NCBI GenBank assembly: GCA_963733095.1
Contig: CAVTBV010000010.1
Coordinates: forward strand, 1-64,000
Length of the DNA stretch: 64,000 nt
Reading direction: 5' to 3'
Source of the DNA: Candidatus Bathyarchaeota archaeon
Lineage (GTDB): Archaea > Thermoproteota > Bathyarchaeia > Bathyarchaeales > Bathycorpusculaceae
Shown here in pieces: positions 60,027 to 64,000 of the stretch (the first letter of the stretch is position 1; each line of letters opens with the position of its first letter). The notes beneath the pieces are model-generated. The model was not told where the DNA came from, made no database searches, and saw only the letters and a program-made list of their open reading frames with translations. The position numbers were made by a program, and so were the translations under genes.

Positions 60027-61611
60027 TTATAGTCTCAGAAAAGTCATTAATTTTTCGATGATGCTCAATACCTTATTAACTATTCTCCCAAGGACACCTA
60101 ACCCGCCAACCATAAACCGCAAATTAGCCACATCAGGCCTTGTGATTGCCCGCGTAAACAGCAACGCTGGAACCAGAACCACAAAGAAGATTGAGGCTCC
60201 AATCAAAAGCCGAATCCAACTAGCAAACCCTAACTCGAAAATCAAGCCGTACGTTACTGCGGCGCTAACAGCGGATGAGAGAAGAATCCTAGCTGAAGAA
60301 CCCCAATCGACCGTCACATCAAAAGTTCTCCGAACAAAACGTAACCCCAAAATCAAGCTCGGTACACTCGCCACCAAAGTTGTTGCAATAAGGCCTAAGA
60401 CACCAAAGTTCATAACCAAAATATACCCCAAAGGAAAACCAATGAAACCAGTCAACACAGCCATTCTTAAGACGAAGTTTGTTTGACCTTGCCCGTTCAA
60501 GAGTGCAGACAAACTTAGGTTTCCAAACGCCGTATACAAGTATTGGATTACAAAAAGGGCAAGAAAGAGCGCAGCGGTGTTGTAGGTGCTTCCGAAAAGG
60601 GTTTCTACTGCTGGCTCCGATAAGCATATTACCAAAGCGGTTATGGGCACGACAAGGAGGGATCCATATTTTACTGAGAACTGGAAAATGTTTCTGAGGG
60701 AATTTTTGTCTTTTTGAGGGTCTAATTTGGAGAAAGCGGGAAACATCATTGTGGAGATCGGCATTACAAAGAAGGCGACAAGAACAGATAAAATTCACAG
60801 CCACGCCATAGTTGCCAATCGGGATATTGTCGCTGATGTAGTGGATGGGCAACAGGAAAGCGTAGAACTGGGGCAGAAGGCTCGTAATAATTGTTGCGAA
60901 AGATAATGGTAGACAATAAGTCAGCATAGTTTTCAAATATGCCTTGAGTTCACGCTTATGCGAGACGGGCTTAGGAAGCTGCCTATAGATAACGCCGATT
61001 AATGCTACGCCGATTAAGCCTGCGATGAACGTACCAACCGTAAAGCCTATTGTGGCTCCAGCTGTACCTAAACCTATGACAACCAGTGCGATTATGATTC
61101 CGGTTTTAAAGAAGCTTTGGCAGATGAGCATTACGCTGTTTAGTTCTAGCCGTTCATATCCCGTGAAGGCGGCTGTTGCTGCAGAGACCAGCCCTCCGGC
61201 GAAGATAGATAAAGATATAATTTGAATCAGAGGAGCTATTTCCGGTCGGTTGAAGACGCTGGTTGCTAGAAAACCTGCGAAGAAAAATGAGAAAATGGAA
61301 AGCGCCAAGCCAACTATAACTTCGAACAATAAACCGGTTAAGTATACACTTCGGATTTCATCGATTCTGCCTTCTGCACGGTATTGCGCGGTAAACTTTA
61401 TCATGGCAAAGTTTATGCCCCAGTCTCGGAAGATTTGAATTATAGCTGGAACCGTCAAGACTACTGTGTATAATCCGTAGAGGTCTGAGCCCAAAAGCCT
61501 AGCAATGAATATTGTGCCGACTGAAGCAATGATTGTTGAGACAACCAAGCCCCAGAGTACGTGAAAGCTACCCTTCGCTGAAACCTTTGCAATGTCGCCA
61601 GCTTTACTCAT
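60027..61611 (-). pseudogene. Polysaccharide flippase (Wzx/MOP family), split by a single frameshift
   Basis: ARLLG...YGLY N-terminal half and FPAFSKL..LNGQG C-terminal half. One extra base near 60789 breaks AVNF/SVLVAFFVMP. Confidence 0.8.
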
Positions 61612-61950
61612 TAGCAATTCCCAAGTTGTAAGCTAAGTGATTGTTAATGAGCGGTTTATCGTTTATGGTATGCGGTAATAGTGCAGACTATTTTCGATTT
61701 TCAAGGTAAAGAAACAATGATATCAAAAAACCAGAATTAACCTGTAAAAAACTTGCAGTTTAGGGTTAAATCTGATTGTTGTTGCAACCGGTGTGCAGAA
61801 TGCAGTTGCAGCAACAACAACAACTTCTCTGGGTTCAATCGTGGATTCTGCTGGGGTTGAAGAAGAAATTTTGGATATCGCAGCACATTATGCTGATAGC
61901 TTAGGACAAAAATAAAAAGGGGTTAGTTAGAACGGAAGAGGTTGGCTATT

Positions 61951-62292
61951 TTACCAGCCCATGCAGGAGCCATAACCATAGCCGTATCCGTTGCCGTAGT
62001 AGCCGCCTTGATAGGGTTCATAGGACTGGTAGGGTGCTGGCGCTGGAACAGAACTGTTAGCTACTGCCGGCGGAGCCACATATGGACTGCCATAATAGGG
62101 TTGGGCCGTTCTTAAGCCAAAGCAACTGCCTATCCAGCCCCAGAAACCAGGATTAGGAACACCAGTGCTCGGGTCTGTGCTGGTTCCTGTGTAGGTTTGG
62201 TTAGCGGCTATCTGGGCTGAAGCCAACCCAACGGCAACCAAGGTCAACGCCGCAACAGCGACCAAGGCAATTACGGTTTTTGTCGTGTTCAT
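61951..62292 (-). CDS. Secreted small Gly/Tyr-rich protein
   Basis: Signal peptide, GFWGWIGSCFG, GYGYGYGSCMGW; GGTGA RBS. Confidence 0.75.
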   Translation of the reverse strand: MNTTKTVIALVAVAALTLVAVGLASAQIAANQTYTGTSTDPSTGVPNPGFWGWIGSCFGLRTAQPYYGSPYVAPPAVANSSVPAPAPYQSYEPYQGGYYGNGYGYGYGSCMGW

Positions 62293-62335
62293 TTGTCTAT
62301 CACCATATCATAATATGTGCATGGAGGCTTATGAT

Positions 62336-62376
62336 AGTTGACTGAAACAAACCCTGAAACAGTTTGAAACAGTTTT
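62336..62376 (-). promoter_or_regulatory. Upstream TGAAAC triple direct repeat, copy 1
   Basis: AGTTGAC-TGAAACA-AACCC-TGAAACA-GTT-TGAAACA, 51 nt from the ATG of 61951-62292. Confidence 0.65.
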
Positions 62377-62491
62377 AGTTCCCATCAATGATGTTCTTCG
62401 ACTAATTTTTTCAAGGAACTGCAGAAACAAATTAATTTAAAAACTAACACCCCACCATCTCTACGAATGGTCTGGATTAAGAAATTATTTA

Positions 62492-62812
62492 TCAGACAAA
62501 TAAAGAAACAAAATCTATTGAATGGCAGAACTGAATGGGATAGTCTACCATCCCCCCCATCATTCCACCATATCCGCCGCCATAGCCATAGCCTCCGCCC
62601 ATCATACCGCCTCCATAACCGCCATAACCGTTAGGGGCTTGACCGTATGAATTTTGTCCACCATAACCACTGTATGGTGCATAGCCGCCAGAGGTTCCAG
62701 TGTTGTAGTTTGATCTTGATGCTGCATAAGCTGCGGATGCCAGTGCAACAGCCGCCAACACGATAACCATCACCACTAACGCTGCCATTGCGACTTTTAT
62801 TTTAGATTCCAT
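62492..62812 (-). CDS. Secreted small Gly/Tyr/Met-rich protein
   Basis: Signal peptide, GGYGGGMMGGGYGYGGGYGGMMGG; GAGGTGA RBS; C-terminus possibly truncated. Confidence 0.7.
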   Translation of the reverse strand: MESKIKVAMAALVVMVIVLAAVALASAAYAASRSNYNTGTSGGYAPYSGYGGQNSYGQAPNGYGGYGGGMMGGGYGYGGGYGGMMGGMVDYPIQFCHSIDFVSLFV

Positions 62813-62856
62813 TCATTTCACCTCTACAATGCTATAACAGCTGAGAATGGTATAGA

Positions 62857-62898
62857 AGTTGAGTGAAACAACCTTGAAACAGATTTAAACAATCATTT
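62857..62898 (-). promoter_or_regulatory. Upstream TGAAAC triple direct repeat, copy 2
   Basis: AGTTGAG-TGAAACA-ACCT-TGAAACA-GAT-TTAAACA, 52 nt from the ATG of 62492-62812. Confidence 0.65.
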
Positions 62899-63034
62899 TG
62901 TCGTCCCACCAAAAGAAAAAACGTAAAATTTGACTGCATTATGGTTTATCAGTCTGATGATTCGACAAAAGGCACTATTTAAAAAATCAACTGTTCAATT
63001 TACGTTATTAGAATTACTGCGGTGAACGGTTCGG

Positions 63035-63175
63035 CCGTTTGGTTTGGCGTCAGGAGGGCTCAACAATGCCGACTGCGCCGTTGGGGTGAGTTACCGCATA
63101 CCAAAGCAGAAGAGCGCTTATGAAGTAGGTTCTGCCACTTTGCTGACACCAACGTGCAGCAGTAAACTGGTTATT
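63035..63175 (-). pseudogene. Terminase large subunit N-terminal remnant
   Basis: NQFTAARWCQQSGRTYFISALLLWYAVTHPNGAVGIVEPS*RQTKR: degenerate Walker A (R..RQ.GK[ST]) and the following strand-PS.RQ motif. Confidence 0.6.
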
Positions 63176-63186
63176 GTAGATGTTGT

Positions 63187-64000
63187 CTATGTTTTTTTGA
63201 TGCGTTCCAGTATTGGATAGAGCTCGTTTAAATCGTTTGAGATTTCATTTACAAGCCCTTTGGTGATGTAGGTGAAGTCTTCGGGTCTTCGGTTAATCAC
63301 TTTTCCAACTAGATACTTGTTTGCTGTCAGGGGGGTTGTTTCAAGTTGCTTTGTCTCCTCAATGGCTCTTTCTATAGCAATCTTGGTGCCGCCATACAGA
63401 GTAAGACACCATTGAAGAGATTGAACATTCCTTATATGATAGTACCAAAAAGTATCACAGAGACAGTACCCTTTGTCCTTACGATTGAGTAAGTCAAACT
63501 CGTCTGTCAATTCGCCATTCAAAAGCAATTCATAATACCTTATTCTATCACTGTGAGCCCGATTTCCAAAATTCAAGCCTATCCTAATATCGATGGGCGT
63601 GAAAGTTACTCCAATGCTTGCCCCATCAACATGGCCCATGTTACCAGGTGTCTCATGTGTCACAAAAGGCAGCCATATTCCACCAGTATTAGGGGTGAAA
63701 CCGGATATTGGCGCTCGCTTAATTGGTGTTGTTAATTTCTTTTCTATTTCCTGCTGGATGGAGGGACATTTCTTGTGGAGTTTGTCGAGATCATCAAAAT
63801 CAGATTCAACAATCTCGCAGTTCGTCTCTTCTTCAGCACAATGGCTTGTTTTTAGAGTTGCAATTTCCTCGAATGTTCTATTTTTGAGTTCTTCGTTTTG
63901 ATCTATGCCCGCTTCTGTGCAGAGGAACTGCAGGATTTCTTGAGCTTTAGAATCAGCCTTTTCAGGGGTCGTTTGAGGTCCGACTCGCATTAGGGAGTCA
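63187..64000 (-). CDS. Hypothetical protein (5' end likely beyond the window)
   Basis: Frame of at least 267 aa, open to the window edge; no family recognised. Confidence 0.7.
   Translation of the reverse strand, partial: DSLMRVGPQTTPEKADSKAQEILQFLCTEAGIDQNEELKNRTFEEIATLKTSHCAEEETNCEIVESDFDDLDKLHKKCPSIQQEIEKKLTTPIKRAPISGFTPNTGGIWLPFVTHETPGNMGHVDGASIGVTFTPIDIRIGLNFGNRAHSDRIRYYELLLNGELTDEFDLLNRKDKGYCLCDTFWYYHIRNVQSLQWCLTLYGGTKIAIERAIEETKQLETTPLTANKYLVGKVINRRPEDFTYITKGLVNEISNDLNELYPILERIKKT

Noticed and set aside
59380-60697. Plus-strand ORFs 59380-59796, 59848-60486 and 60479-60697
   Set aside because: Antisense shadows of the VapBC relic and the flippase.
61770-61915. Short open frame IVVATGVQNAVAA..DIAAHYADSLGQK
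   Set aside because: No start codon and no confident family; possibly a relic but unsupported.

Overview
Archaeal chromosomal window. The S19e-PDCD5-L39e-L31e-eIF6-LX-pfdA-ftsY cluster shows it is archaeal; protein style suggests Bathyarchaeia, which is inference only. (1) 0-9.8 kb: aromatic/branched-chain acid uptake and catabolism operon (ACT protein, LivGF, phenylacetate-CoA ligase, IorAB, LivK/H/M, PaaI thioesterase). IorA carries an in-frame ~130-aa insert with four [4Fe-4S] motifs. (2) 9.9-15 kb: tRNA-Cys(GCA) followed by a decayed integration hotspot with a degenerate tRNA 3' copy at 14.56 kb, two integrase-like tails, a triplicated ~100-bp element and a papain-family protease as cargo. 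(3) 15-20 kb: small membrane, coiled-coil and Zn-ribbon proteins plus an APC transporter. (4) 20.7-47 kb, the most interesting part: a candidate quinone-linked respiratory island. It has menA, a long-chain-type polyprenyl synthase, ArsR-V4R regulators, hdrA (fused to a cysteine-free MvhD)-hdrC-hdrB-frhB/fpoF, two PPOX/FDOR split-barrel genes (one membrane-anchored), an 11-subunit complex I without NuoEFG (order A-B-C-D-H-I-J-K-M-L-N), an MFS transporter and ubiE/menG. (5) 47-64 kb: accessory genes, an orphan shortened phage/eCIS GpD-like hub gene, a ribosomal cluster interrupted by a secreted Pro/Thr-linker protein, a decayed VapBC pair, a frameshifted flippase, two Gly/Tyr-rich secreted paralogs sharing an upstream TGAAAC triple repeat, and a terminase remnant. 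No CRISPR array or rRNA was seen. All calls come from motif recognition by eye; no searches were run.
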